A stretch of 64,000 nucleotides of DNA from an uncultured Holophagales bacterium. Its GTDB lineage: Bacteria > Acidobacteriota > Thermoanaerobaculia > Multivoradales > UBA5704. Below, piece after piece: positions 20,330 to 31,815 of this stretch; the stretch's first letter is position 1, and the number at the start of each line of letters is the position of its first letter. The notes beneath the pieces were generated by a model. That model was given only the letters and a program-made list of their open reading frames with translations, made no database searches and had not been told where the DNA came from. The stretch lies in the NCBI GenBank assembly GCA_963844885.1, contig CAWJQA010000006.1, positions 608,366-672,365 on the forward strand, read 5' to 3'. The position numbers were made by a program, and so were the translations under genes.

Positions 20330-21140
20330 CGCTCAGGTCGACAGTGAGGTCAGGCCCTCAGAAAAGGCCCTTTTCCAGCGCGGCGATCTCTCCGGCCGTC
20401 CGCCTGCGGGCCCAGACGACCTCGCCGATCTTCCGCGCGCCAGCCGGGAGGGCATCGCCAGCATCTCTTGTTGAAGACGCTCACGTGGGAGATCGCCTTC
20501 CAGCCCGCCTGCCTCACCCGGGCCGACGGCCACTCGTGCAGCGCACCGGCATGCCCCGCCCGCGGAACGGCTCCAGAACGCGCAGAAAACCGAGAGTGCC
20601 ATCGTCCTGCAGAATCTCCCAGCCGGCGAGCTGGCCGTCGATCTCCATCCAGCCGTGAGGCCGGTCCAGATGCGATACAGGAGATAGTCGAGCCCGCCGT
20701 ACTCCTCCACGTAGGGCTGATGCTCCATCAGGAACGCGGCCTCCTTCTCTTCCAGCGGCCGCACCGGGATTCCGGCGTCCCCTGCCTGGAGTCCGGGGCT
20801 CGGACTCCAGGGTGATCTCGACGTTGAAGTACAGCCCGGGCCAGCCTCGCGGATCGCGGCCACTGGTGCGGCGGAAAGGCGGCGAAGCGCGGCTCCGGCT
20901 CGGCCGGCAGGGTCGCGAGAAGGCCGGCGAAAGCTTCCGGGCGGTTGTACAGGGCGTGCCACCAGTCGCCCCGGCGGTAGAGGATGGCGCCTTCCGGGTC
21001 CGCGGGGTCGGCGAGGAACCGGTCTACCTCCCGCCGCCAGAGGTCGGCCAGGCACACCGGGTTGGTGCCGGGCGCACCCCGGAAGACTAGGCCGGAAAAC
21101 CCTTCGAAAGGGAGCAGGTCCACGGTCATCGGGAGCCTCA
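20330..21140 (-). pseudogene. hypothetical gene split over three reading frames by at least 3 apparent frameshifts
   Basis: Coding-like segments follow one another in different frames: MTVDLLPFEGFSGLVFRGAPGTNPVCLADLWRREV..., PLEEKEAAFLMEHQPYVEEYGGLDYLLYRIWTGL, WMEIDGQLAGWEILQDDGTLGFLRVLEPF and ...GEIAALEKGLF*. Confidence 0.35.
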
Positions 21141-21305
21141 CTCCTTGCGGTAGACCGCCATCGAGTTGTCGAGCGCGCAGGGGACGCGCGACGCGTGCTC
21201 GCCAAGGGAGAACTGCAGCAGCTCCTCCTGACGAGGCCGAAGGGATCCCAGACATCCTGCGTTTTCTCGTCGACCTTGCGCAGGCCGAGTTCCGGATGGA
21301 TCTCC

Positions 21306-22106
21306 TCATAGCCCTGGTAGGAGGCTGAGGCCTTGTTGACGCTCCGTGGCGCACAGCAGGTAGCCGCCGGCCGCGAGGATGCGGGAGTAGACGGAGCGGA
21401 CCCTCGTGATCTGTCCGAGCTCCTGGTCGAGGACGGCCGTGAGGAAGTGCTCGGTGATCACGTCGAAGCGCCCCAGGGGCACGATGTCCTCCCGCCGCTC
21501 CAGGTTCCGGACCCAGAGCTCGGTGCTGATCCGTCCGAAATCGCCGAGCTGGGGGCTCATGATCCCGAAAAAGCGGCGGTCGATGTGGATCGCCTGGCCC
21601 GCGACCCGGATCGTCCCGGGCTTGCGGTGCCGGCGGCGAGCTCCCGTTCGACGGTTGCGATCTGAAGGATCGGATAGAGGCACTTGTCCACCACGACGAG
21701 CGCGATCCGGGGCGGATCGTTCAGGCGGCCCAGGACCGAGCGGAGGATCGCGATGTAGGTGTAGTGGTGAACGTAGCTCGCGGCTCCGGCTTCCAGGATG
21801 CGCACGGTCTCGTGCCCGCGCCGGCTCGAAAGGATTTCGAACAGCCTGCTTTTCGATCCACTCCCGCTGCTCCCTCGCCAGGTACCAGCTGCCGGCAGGC
21901 GCCGGGCCGGCGCGAAAGATGTCCGCCAGGGCTCTCATGTCGCCGCCCGGAACCAGGAATCCGGTTTGGGCTCCCGGCTGGACGACAAGGAGCGGCCCCG
22001 TGAGCCCGAACGGCACGTTGTGCACCCGGTCCCGGCGATAGCCGCAGGGCTGGATCCGGTCCCCTTCAGGACGCAGTACGCGCTCGCCGCTCAGGGGGCG
22101 CTGCAT
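21306..22106 (-). pseudogene. class I SAM-dependent methyltransferase with apparent internal frameshifts
   Basis: Motif-I-like ILEAGAASYVHHY...IALVVVDKC (frame of 21557..21805) sits between segments in the 21306..22106 frame. Those segments carry RFDVITEHFLTAV ... RILAAGGYLL (post-I/II/III motifs). Confidence 0.45.
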
Positions 22107-22778
22107 GTCCGCGCGGATTGTGAATCATGGCGTTCCTTTCAACCCGGCTCGGGCCGCCAGACCGAGCCCAGGACGAAGCCGAGGACGATTGCGGGACCGC
22201 GATCGCCGTGGCGCCCTTGGGCCAGCTCAGTGCGAACGTCTTCAGAACGGTGCCGAAAGCCGTGGGAAACGAGGGCGCGGTGCCGGCTTCCAGGTGCAGC
22301 CCGGCGAAGAGGAGGAGCATGGCGGCGAAGATCGCGAACTAGCGTCCAGGGGCCAACCCGAAGTCCGCCGTGGCGCCGAAGAGCGCCAGCCGGCCCAGGC
22401 GGATCAAGCGGATCGGACCGGCAGACGGGCCGCGGACTCGAACATCCGGTCCTTGCGGCTCTCAAGCTCACAAGAACTCCGTGAAGGCGCAGGGAGCCAC
22501 GCCGGTCACATCCACCGTGCGCAGCATCGCTGCCGCAGCCCGGGTGAGGCCTACGCCACGGAAGAACGGGATCCGGACGAACGGCTGGAACTCCACTGGA
22601 CCAGGGTCACATACCGGAAATAGGCGCCGTGGAGCTGGGCCATGGCGATGTCGACCGATTCGAGTGCGCCTTGTCGAACCGGCAGCCGGCGAGCCGGGCG
22701 CTCCGCAGCTGCGTGTGCAGCAGGCGGCCGCCTCGAAGCCTGGGCGTCCTTCAGGATCGCGCCCCTAGAGCGCAGCTC

Positions 22779-23765
22779 TCAAGAGGCTCCGCGCAGGTTC
22801 GCGGCTTCGAGCAGGGGCCGCCCGGGGAGTAGCAGCGGAGAAGCGCGCCCGGCCACGGAGCACCTGGCCAAGTGCCGCTGAGATCGCCGGCCATGGCTCG
22901 CATCCCGAAAGTCTTGACCCCGCAGTTCTTCTCCCGGATCGCGTCGCCCGGAGCTTCCGGCGCGGCGCCTGACCGGCTCGGCCGCGGAGCTTCCTGATTG
23001 GGAGCACCCCCTGGAACGATGCCGACAGGAACAGTTCCGATCTGTCCCTGGATGGATATCTCCGGCACTGCGGCCGCCGCGGCTGACGCGCTCGGAGACG
23101 TAGGTGAAGAGGTCGCCTACCGAGATCCGGCCGTCGTGGTTGAGATCGGCCTCGCCCGTAGACAGGCCATGCACCAGGAAGCTCGTGAAGATGGACGGAC
23201 CGGTGCCCCTCCTCCCCTCCCAGGCTTTCTGATCCAGGCTCGCCGCGGACAGGACGAAATGCCCGAAACCTTCTTCAAGCACACCTTCGCGCTTCAGGCC
23301 TTCGGCGAAATCGAGCACCGGCAGCGCGTCTCCCTTGGCTCCTCGCTTGAACAGGCCGCTGTTACAGCGTCGAGGACAGGATCTGCCGCTCGACCAGCTA
23401 TTCTCCACCTCGTTGTGCAGCCAGCGGGACCAGAGCGCAGTGGAGCTCGGAAGGTCCCCCTTCGTATCAGCCATGGCCAGGTAAAGTTGATCTCCCTTCC
23501 GGAGGCCGTGGCCGGAGTAATAGAGCAGCAACAGGTCTTTATCGATTCGGCCTCGGAAGAACAGCTCAATGGCCTCGTGGACCTCGTTGAGATCCTTGTC
23601 GATCAATATCCGGACGTCGTCGAAGCCGCCGATCTCGGGCTGCTTGAGCACTCGGGCCAGCTCTCGCACGTCGACGGCCGGCTTCTGGAGCCGGGTGACG
23701 CTGCCGTCCTTGTAGGTCCCGTTGCCGACGAGCAGCGCCAGTCGACGGCCCTCCCCCTTGCTCAT
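22779..23765 (-). CDS. caspase-like peptidase C14 domain protein (C-terminal about 80 aa probably out of frame)
   Basis: N-terminus LALLVGNGTYKDG ... DLLLLYYSGHGL (caspase His motif). Later segment FVLSAASLDQKAWEGRRGTGPSIFTSFLVHGLSTGEADLNHDGRISVGDLFTYV. The Cys region is atypical or possibly frameshifted. Confidence 0.6.
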   Translation of the reverse strand: MSKGEGRRLALLVGNGTYKDGSVTRLQKPAVDVRELARVLKQPEIGGFDDVRILIDKDLNEVHEAIELFFRGRIDKDLLLLYYSGHGLRKGDQLYLAMADTKGDLPSSTALWSRWLHNEVENSWSSGRSCPRRCNSGLFKRGAKGDALPVLDFAEGLKREGVLEEGFGHFVLSAASLDQKAWEGRRGTGPSIFTSFLVHGLSTGEADLNHDGRISVGDLFTYVSERVSRGGRSAGDIHPGTDRNCSCRHRSRGCSQSGSSAAEPVRRRAGSSGRRDPGEELRGQDFRDASHGRRSQRHLARCSVAGRASPLLLPGRPLLEAANLRGAS

Positions 23766-23772
23766 AGTAGCC

Positions 23773-24179
23773 TCAGCGCCGGCCGGTAGCCATGTCCGTC
23801 AGGCTCGTGATCAACTGATCCAACTGCTGCGTCGAGAGGGCGTCGGCGGCGTATTCGAGCGTGATCGATCGCTTCCCGTCGCTCACCTGCACCTTGAGCT
23901 TCTTCGCTTCGGCCTGTGAGTTGAGCCACGCCTGCAGGGTCTGGAGGAGCGTCGGCAGCACCGTGGGCAGGACGGCGACCGCCACCGCTCCGAGGGCCAG
24001 GGCGGCTTCGATCGACTTTCCCCCGGCGAACCGGCTCCCGGTGCGAGCGTCGCCACGGGCTCCGGAGACCCCCGCAGGTCATCGAGCAGAGAGGCCGAAA
24101 GGTCTGCGATCACCTCTCCCGGAGCACCTTCAGCCTCAACCTCAAGCGTCAAGACCATCTCGTCCTGTGGCGGCCCCAT
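23773..24179 (-). CDS. small hypothetical protein co-operonic with the caspase (two frames, 1 apparent frameshift)
   Basis: RBS AGGGAG then MGPPQDEMVLTLEVEAEGAPGEVIADLSASLLDDLRG... (frame a). It continues in another frame as ...IEAALALGAVAVAVLPTVLPTLLQTLQAWLNSQAEAKKLKVQVSDGKRSITLEYAADALSTQQLDQLITSL. It ends 8 nt before the caspase start. Confidence 0.4.
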
Positions 24180-24370
24180 GTCTTCTCCCTGTAGTTGGTA
24201 CTGTGGAAAGATAGTACCGTGAAATTGCCCCAGGCGCGAAGCCCCATTGTACTTTCCATCTTGCGAAGACCTGTCGGCTCGTCGCCAAAACGCGTCCCCG
24301 ACCAGCCTTGCAGACGCCAATCGGCTGGCGAGAGCATCCCGGGGAGGTCCGACAGGGAAACGTAAGCGCT

Positions 24371-25522
24371 TCAAGGGCGGATCTCCGCGAGCGCCGACGC
24401 CAGCGCGTCCACGTGCGACGCTTCGAGGACGAGAGGCGGCAGCAGCCGCACGATGTGGGGGTCTCCGCTGGTGCCGGTCAGGATGCCGTGCTCGATCAGC
24501 TCCTTCTGAATCTCCTCGGCCGGCCGCGTGGTGCGCAGGCCGATCAGGAAGCCCTTGCCCTGGATGGAGGTGACCGGACCGGTCACGCAGGTGGCGCGGA
24601 TGCGCTCCGACAGGTCGCGGACCCGCTGCAGCAACCCCTCGTCCTCGATGACCTGGATCACCGTGTGGATCAGGGCGCAGGCGAGAGGCCCGCCGCCGAA
24701 CGTGGTGCCGAGGTCGCCTTCCTTGAGGCCCGCGGCCAGCTCGTCGCTCACCAGCACGGCGCCCGCGGGGAAGCCCCCGGCGAGGCCCTTGGCCATCGTG
24801 AGCAGGTCAGGGGTGACGCCATACGCCTGCGCCGCGAACGGCTGGCCGCTGCGGCCGAGCCCGCACTGCACCTCGTCGAAGATCAGCACGGCTCCGGCCG
24901 CGCGGGCCAGCTCGCGCGCCGAGGCGAGCCACGGGCCGCCCATCTCGTAGGCCCCCGCCTGTCCCTGGACGGGCTCGACGATCAGCGCCGCGGCGCCGGA
25001 GAACGCCGCCTCCAAGGCGGCCAGGTCGCCCCGCGGCACGAACGTCACCTCGAACGGCGTCTGCGGAAAGCCATACCAGCGCGACGAGCCCCAGGTCACC
25101 GCCGCCGCCGCCGCTGTGCGGCCGTGGAATGCGCCTTCGACGGCCACCACCCGTCGCCGCTCCGTGCGCCGGAACGCCAGGCGCAGGGCGTTCTCATTGG
25201 CCTCGGCGCCGCTGTTGACGAAGAAGGCACGGGTGAGCCCCTCCGGTCCCCAGTCCACCAGGCTGCGCGCGGCGCGCGCGCGCACCTCCAGCGGCACCAC
25301 GTTGCTCTGAAAAAACAGCGTCGAGGCCTGCTCCGCCAGCGCCGCCACAAGCCGCGGATGACCGTAGCCGAGCAGCGCCACGGCGTGGCCGCCGTAAAAA
25401 TCGATCAACGTCCGGCCGTCGCGTGTCCGCAGCAGCGCCCCCTCCCCGCTCACCGGCTCAATGTCCGAGTGCGGGTAGACAGGCAGCATCCAACGCCGCT
25501 CCTCTAGGGTCATCGCCTCCAT
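24371..25522 (-). CDS. argD: acetylornithine aminotransferase (class III PLP aminotransferase)
   Basis: 383 aa. Motifs FVNSGAEANE, IFDEVQCGLGRSG and LLTMAKGLAGGFP. Confidence 0.9.
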   Translation of the reverse strand: MEAMTLEERRWMLPVYPHSDIEPVSGEGALLRTRDGRTLIDFYGGHAVALLGYGHPRLVAALAEQASTLFFQSNVVPLEVRARAARSLVDWGPEGLTRAFFVNSGAEANENALRLAFRRTERRRVVAVEGAFHGRTAAAAAVTWGSSRWYGFPQTPFEVTFVPRGDLAALEAAFSGAAALIVEPVQGQAGAYEMGGPWLASARELARAAGAVLIFDEVQCGLGRSGQPFAAQAYGVTPDLLTMAKGLAGGFPAGAVLVSDELAAGLKEGDLGTTFGGGPLACALIHTVIQVIEDEGLLQRVRDLSERIRATCVTGPVTSIQGKGFLIGLRTTRPAEEIQKELIEHGILTGTSGDPHIVRLLPPLVLEASHVDALASALAEIRP

Positions 25523-25594
25523 CTCTTGCCTCTCCTTACAGCCAGCCGGGTCTCGGCTGGGTCAGACCCGGGAGAACCGCCAACCGGTCGAGCC

Positions 25595-27319
<1,725 letters not shown>

Positions 27320-27503
27320 CCGGCGATTCTAAGCTGAAACCCGGGCGCGAGTGGCCGCGCTGATGGAGGATCGAAGCCGAAGCGAGACTGGCGCGGCAGG
27401 AGAGAGGCCGGGGGTCTCGAATGCCCGGTGGGCAGCGGCCCACGGAAGGCTCTGATATCCTCTCTCTGTGCGATCCGCTAAGGAGGTCGCGCAGGAGAAT
27501 GTC

Positions 27504-27848
27504 ATGGCAATCACCTCTTCCGTCTCAGACGACCTGCTGGCGCAGATGGCACAGGTGATTGTGCGAGAAGTCGAGCCGGTGCGTATCATCCTGTTCGGCT
27601 CTCATGCCCGCGGCGAGGCCCGGCCAGACTCGGATGTCGACCTGTTGGTCATCGAGCGGGAGGATTTCGGCAAACAGCGCAGTCGGCGCCGTGAGGCGTC
27701 CTTGCTGTGGCGCGCCCTTGCCCGTTTCCCCGTACCCAAGGACATTGTGGTCTACAGTCAGGCGGAAGCCGCCGCGTGGAAAGACTCTCCCGGCCATCTC
27801 GTGGCTCAAGCGCTGCGGGAGGGGAGGGTGCTCTATGAGCGAAGATGA
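27504..27848 (+). CDS. mntA: nucleotidyltransferase-domain antitoxin (MntA, minimal nucleotidyltransferase)
   Basis: ILFGSHARGEARPDSDVDLLV NTase motif. It overlaps the downstream HEPN gene (ATGA overlap). Confidence 0.8.
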   Translation: MAITSSVSDDLLAQMAQVIVREVEPVRIILFGSHARGEARPDSDVDLLVIEREDFGKQRSRRREASLLWRALARFPVPKDIVVYSQAEAAAWKDSPGHLVAQALREGRVLYERR

Positions 27849-28221
27849 GCTGCCATCGAGACTGCTCGCCCTGGCCCGCAGAGATCTCCGCGCCGCGGAG
27901 CTTCTTCGGGATCAGCCGGAGGTGGGCGACGCCATCATCGGATTCCATGCTCAGCAGGCGGCGGAGAAAGCCCTCAAGGCTTGGCTGACGATTCTAGGAA
28001 TCGATTTCCCTCACACCCATGACCTCAGCCTGCTGATCCACAAGCTGGAGGAGGAAGGCGCCGAGGTGACGAGTTTGTGGGCGCTCCTCGACCTCAACCC
28101 GTTTGCCGTGCAGTTTCGTTATGAGATCTTGGATGACGAACCCCTGGATCATGGAGCAACTCTGGAGCAAGTGGAAGCGTTGTTGAATCAAGTAGAACGT
28201 CTCTGGGACTCCGCTTCCTGA
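27835..28221 (+). CDS. hepT: HEPN-domain toxin (HepT)
   Basis: 128 aa. MSEDELPSRLLALARRDLRAAELL and a conserved Arg/His within GFHAQQAAEKALKA. Classic MNT/HEPN pairing. Confidence 0.8.
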   Translation: MSEDELPSRLLALARRDLRAAELLRDQPEVGDAIIGFHAQQAAEKALKAWLTILGIDFPHTHDLSLLIHKLEEEGAEVTSLWALLDLNPFAVQFRYEILDDEPLDHGATLEQVEALLNQVERLWDSAS

Positions 28222-28240
28222 CGGGTGTGGCGCTGGCGGG

Positions 28241-28427
28241 ATGGCGAAGCCTTGCGCTCCTCCTGAGATGACCCATCAGCCCGGAGGACTTCGACCGGCT
28301 GCGCGAGCGTGACCGTTTCATGGCGGCCGTTCAGGAGGGACTCGCCGACGTGAAGGCAGGTCGCCTGCTCGACACTCAGGAAGTCGACCGTGAGCTGGAC
28401 CTGGAATTCGGCCCCCTGAATCCATGA
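28241..28427 (+). pseudogene. type II antitoxin-like small gene, apparently frameshifted
   Basis: MAKPCAPPEMTHQP... then a stop. The +1 frame continues as PISPEDFDRLRERDRFMAAVQEGLADVKAGRLLDTQEVDRELDLEFGPLNP* and ends at the toxin start. Confidence 0.3.
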
Positions 28428-28766
28428 GGGTGCGCTGGACGCGCCGTGCCCTTGCAGACCTCACGCTCCGGCCGCGTCGTTCCCGAATTCGGTAGAGCCG
28501 ACATCCGGGAGGTCTTCCTCAGAAGCTACCGGATCGTCTATGCCGTCCATGACGACGGGATCGAGATCGTGACGGTCTTTGAAGGCCACCAGCTCTTTCC
28601 TTTGGATGTTGGGAAGCCCTCCTTCAACATAAGAAGACGGACCGTCGGGCGGCGCAAGACGCCTTTTCCAGAACCTCGGTCCTTGTCCTTCACCACCATT
28701 GCCTGCATCAAGAAGCTCGAATCTCATTTTTTGGCCTCGCTCCGTTCCGAGGAGGCTTCACTGTAG
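28424..28766 (+). pseudogene. RelE/ParE family toxin with apparent N-terminal frameshift
   Basis: ATG at 28424 gives MRVRWTRRALADLTL then a stop. The body continues in the frame of ORF 28446..28766 (PEFGRADIREVFLRSYRIVYAVHDDGIEIVTVFEGHQ). Confidence 0.5.
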
Positions 28767-29443
28767 GCTACAAATATCTCCACGTTGTAGAGGCGGAAAA
28801 ACTTGAGGTAGCGGTGGAGCATCCCGAAGCCAACCAGCAACGCCAGCAACGCCCACCGGAGCTGCTGGACGACATGGTTGGACCATCCTAGCCGCATCCA
28901 GTCGAGCACCGCGTTGACTGCAAAGAAGCCAGCGCCGGCAAGGCCGACGAAAGTCATGTTCCGGCAGAAGCCGTAGAGCTTCAGAAAGCCGTCCATACGC
29001 GCGTAAACATTGGGGTCCTGCTTGGCGATTGGGAACGCACACCAGAACAGGGACTCTCCCGTAACCTCTTCGTTGCGATCCGCAGTTGCACGCTCTCGAA
29101 CCTTCCTCTGCAGCCCAGCATCAAGCGGAGTGTAGTAGTCTTGGAGTAGGGTTTTTTTGAGAAACCTTCGCCAACCGAGGTTTCGCCCATTCATCAGGAT
29201 AACGGAAGGGCGGAAAAGCACGTAATGCACGAATCTTCGTTCGATAAGCCAGCCCGACGGTGCTGCCAGGATTTGGCCGACAATGTAAGCAGTGGCAATA
29301 GTAAGCGTCCCGCTAGCAACCGTCCACTGTACCCCGAGGACATAGTGCGTTGAAAAAATACTATCCCAGACTACGAGGGCCGACAGGCCGCTCGCAACGT
29401 AAGCAAACACGTCGTAGTCAGAAAACCGCGCGAGCTTGTCCAT
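28724..29443 (-). CDS. hypothetical 4-TM membrane protein, last gene of the E1/E2/JAB operon
   Basis: 239 aa. Two N-terminal and two C-terminal TM helices. Lower GC. Lies 11 nt downstream of the JAB gene. Confidence 0.55.
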   Translation of the reverse strand: MDKLARFSDYDVFAYVASGLSALVVWDSIFSTHYVLGVQWTVASGTLTIATAYIVGQILAAPSGWLIERRFVHYVLFRPSVILMNGRNLGWRRFLKKTLLQDYYTPLDAGLQRKVRERATADRNEEVTGESLFWCAFPIAKQDPNVYARMDGFLKLYGFCRNMTFVGLAGAGFFAVNAVLDWMRLGWSNHVVQQLRWALLALLVGFGMLHRYLKFFRLYNVEIFVAYSEASSERSEAKK

Positions 29444-29454
29444 GATGAACCTCC

Positions 29455-29910
29455 CTAGGCCTCCCTGTCGGCAACAGGTACTAAGGCCCGATCTTCTTGC
29501 TCAATCGAGGATGAGGGCGGCTCGGCAAGCAGTGCCCGATAGCCAACTGGCGTATGAATAAGTAGAACGGATGGCATGAGCTGAGCCAACGCGACAGCCG
29601 CAGCCGTCGCCCGGTCCAGAGACGATGGGCCCGATGGGCCCAGATGACTGTGCCAGGTTCCGAGGCAGTATAGGCTGTAACCACCACTCTCCGCGTAGGC
29701 CTTCAGTGTGGCGCACACACCTGCAGTGCCAAGAACGAACTCAGATGGGGAACGGCTACTATCTTCAGACGCTGGCAAGACATCCACGATGTAGAACGTT
29801 TGAGCCGCCTCCGAGAAACGACCGACCAAGATCCCTCCAGTCTCTACCGGTCGGCCAAGAGGCAACCTCGTCGGCCATCTTCCGATGTGCCCGACTGGCG
29901 ATCCGGACAC
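29455..29910 (-). CDS. JAB/MPN (JAMM) metallopeptidase domain protein
   Basis: JAMM motif E..(ETGGILVG)...GTWHSHLGPSGPSSLD (HxHx7Sx2D). It overlaps the E1 3' end. Confidence 0.75.
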   Translation of the reverse strand: MSGSPVGHIGRWPTRLPLGRPVETGGILVGRFSEAAQTFYIVDVLPASEDSSRSPSEFVLGTAGVCATLKAYAESGGYSLYCLGTWHSHLGPSGPSSLDRATAAAVALAQLMPSVLLIHTPVGYRALLAEPPSSSIEQEDRALVPVADREA

Positions 29911-31408
29911 TCCAAGATAGAGCTCCGTCTATAGCAACTGGCATCCACGGTTCCACTTCGTGCTGGCACCAGGATTGGCTTATGCCGTTCTCGTCCACGA
30001 GTCCGAGCAGTATACGACCCCCACCGGTTGGAAGTCCGCTAAGCTGGAGGGCTGCAAGCGCCTCGGCCATCGGCGCTGCTAGCATAGAGATCTGCGCGTC
30101 CGACATCACCATCGTTGCCGACCCGCAACCTTCCCCAATTGTCTGCCGCCGAAGGGCGACGCCCTCGTCTGCGAACACTAACTCGCGCAGCAACGCGTCC
30201 TCCCGCATCAGCGCGTAAGTCTCAGTTATCAGGTCGCCCGTGTTCGGATTGCGCACAGGTCCTTCGATCGAGAGCAGCCCGACCCGACCGTGGGCATACA
30301 ACGAGGTTTCAATCACGCGCGGGATTGTAACCCCCGCCGGAGTGGAAGCCAACGCCTCACGCGCGACGAGTGAGGCGGTCGAATTCACAACTGCCCAATT
30401 CTTCTTCGGCAGCATCCGCTTCGCACAATCCGCATCACGCGCAACCTTAACGATATCCTCGACATGTGGCTTGGCAATCTGGCCCAATCCTCTGATCGCC
30501 TCCGCAACCGCGAGTGCCTTCGAAGACATCCATGACATCTGCATGTATTCCTGGATTGGGACCAACCCATGCCTTGCCGCGTTGTGTGGGCTTAGGTTGC
30601 CTCGGTCGATAACGATGTGAGGCGCCCGGCCGGCACGTGCTAAGTGAAGAGCAATCTTCGACCCGAGACTTCCGGCTCCGACTTGAACCCACAGCGGTAC
30701 CTCTTCGACCGTGTCGCTCCCTGACATACTTCGCAGGAGTAATGCAGAGATTGTGTGACGATGTCCGGCGGGACGGACCCGCGTCTGGTCGCCCTGAGGA
30801 AACAAATGTGGAACACCAACCTCGACTATATATGGGCAGAGTTCCAGAGTGCTATTACTGCCAATCAGATGACATGGCCGCCGAGCGCAGAGAATGATAG
30901 CGAGCGGGAATAAATTTCCTCCCTCTTTGTCTGCCAAGCATCGTTCGAGCCAGTTTAATGCAGAGCGTAGCGGTTTAGCACAGCCATAACCGGTAGCTCG
31001 CTCCATTAGACTGCGGACATCGGTCACGGTTTCCGGCTCATATCGATCCGCGACTATCAACCGACCTGCGGGTGTTTTGCCCGGCCAGGCGAAGATTGCC
31101 AGAGCCCGGCCGAGCGCCGTATCAGGAGCGCGCTCCAATGGGCGCTGCCGAAACGACTCGCCAACGGTGTTCTTGTTCAGTTTTATATGTTCACGACCAA
31201 CCTCTCCATAGAAGGCGATTCCTTCGGCCGCGTCAACCTGATATCGGCGGTAGTCGAATCTGAAGAAAGAATAACCTTCCTCACGCGATACCAATGAGTA
31301 AAGATGTGACGCATCGGCGACCACTAAATCAACCAAACTATCCGCCGCACTGGTTCCCAGCCCTGCTGCCGGTCGATAAGCCGCCCCAGTGCGGCATTCT
31401 CCAGCCAA
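29765..31408 (-). CDS. E1-like ThiF/MoeB family adenylyltransferase with about 200-aa N-terminal extension
   Basis: Rossmann motif VQVGAGSLGSKIALHLARAGRAPHIVIDRGNLSPHNAARH. 547 aa. The 5' end overlaps the E2-like gene in another frame. The real start may be internal or fused. Confidence 0.8.
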   Translation of the reverse strand: MAGECRTGAAYRPAAGLGTSAADSLVDLVVADASHLYSLVSREEGYSFFRFDYRRYQVDAAEGIAFYGEVGREHIKLNKNTVGESFRQRPLERAPDTALGRALAIFAWPGKTPAGRLIVADRYEPETVTDVRSLMERATGYGCAKPLRSALNWLERCLADKEGGNLFPLAIILCARRPCHLIGSNSTLELCPYIVEVGVPHLFPQGDQTRVRPAGHRHTISALLLRSMSGSDTVEEVPLWVQVGAGSLGSKIALHLARAGRAPHIVIDRGNLSPHNAARHGLVPIQEYMQMSWMSSKALAVAEAIRGLGQIAKPHVEDIVKVARDADCAKRMLPKKNWAVVNSTASLVAREALASTPAGVTIPRVIETSLYAHGRVGLLSIEGPVRNPNTGDLITETYALMREDALLRELVFADEGVALRRQTIGEGCGSATMVMSDAQISMLAAPMAEALAALQLSGLPTGGGRILLGLVDENGISQSWCQHEVEPWMPVAIDGALSWSVRIASRAHRKMADEVASWPTGRDWRDLGRSFLGGGSNVLHRGCLASV

Positions 31409-31797
31409 GCTACTAGTTGGTTCAGAACCCCAACGAGACCCTGTTCCTGCAGCAGTTCTGCGAGGCTTCCTTCATAGATGCATGGCACTGGACGCTCATT
31501 GGGAGCGCCAGGCATGACATGCGCCAACGCGCGATCGAAATCCGCGCGCAAACGAATCATTGGCGGCTTCAGTGGGAACGCGTCAGGAAAAATGAGCTCG
31601 ACTGGCTCGACTGCACGCACGCCACTGGGACTGACCCCATCAGCCATCCACGAGTTTGGTAGCCCGAGTCGTAGCGCCACGTCAACAATCGTTATCCCCG
31701 TCTCCGAATTGGCTTCCGTAAGAAAGACACCCTCGACAGCCGGGTGAGCGGCTATGAGACGCAACGCCCTTCGGATCGGCCCGGTTGTTCGGTGCAT
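31324..31797 (-). CDS. UBC-fold E2-like protein
   Basis: Aligns by eye to the UBC core: RRALRLIAAHP ... FPLKPPMIRLRADF ... HVMPGAPNERPVPCIYEG (FP..PP.v.f...HPN...G.iC pattern, catalytic Cys) ... LVGVLNQLVAWL. Confidence 0.65.
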   Translation of the reverse strand: MHRTTGPIRRALRLIAAHPAVEGVFLTEANSETGITIVDVALRLGLPNSWMADGVSPSGVRAVEPVELIFPDAFPLKPPMIRLRADFDRALAHVMPGAPNERPVPCIYEGSLAELLQEQGLVGVLNQLVAWLENAALGRLIDRQQGWEPVRRIVWLI

Positions 31798-31815
31798 TTC
31801 TACTCTGGATTCTGC

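Noticed and set aside
22107-22778. Possible additional degraded gene between the SAM-MTase and the caspase gene
   Set aside because: Only short, low-complexity ORFs in all frames. No motif could be recognised, so no feature was reported.
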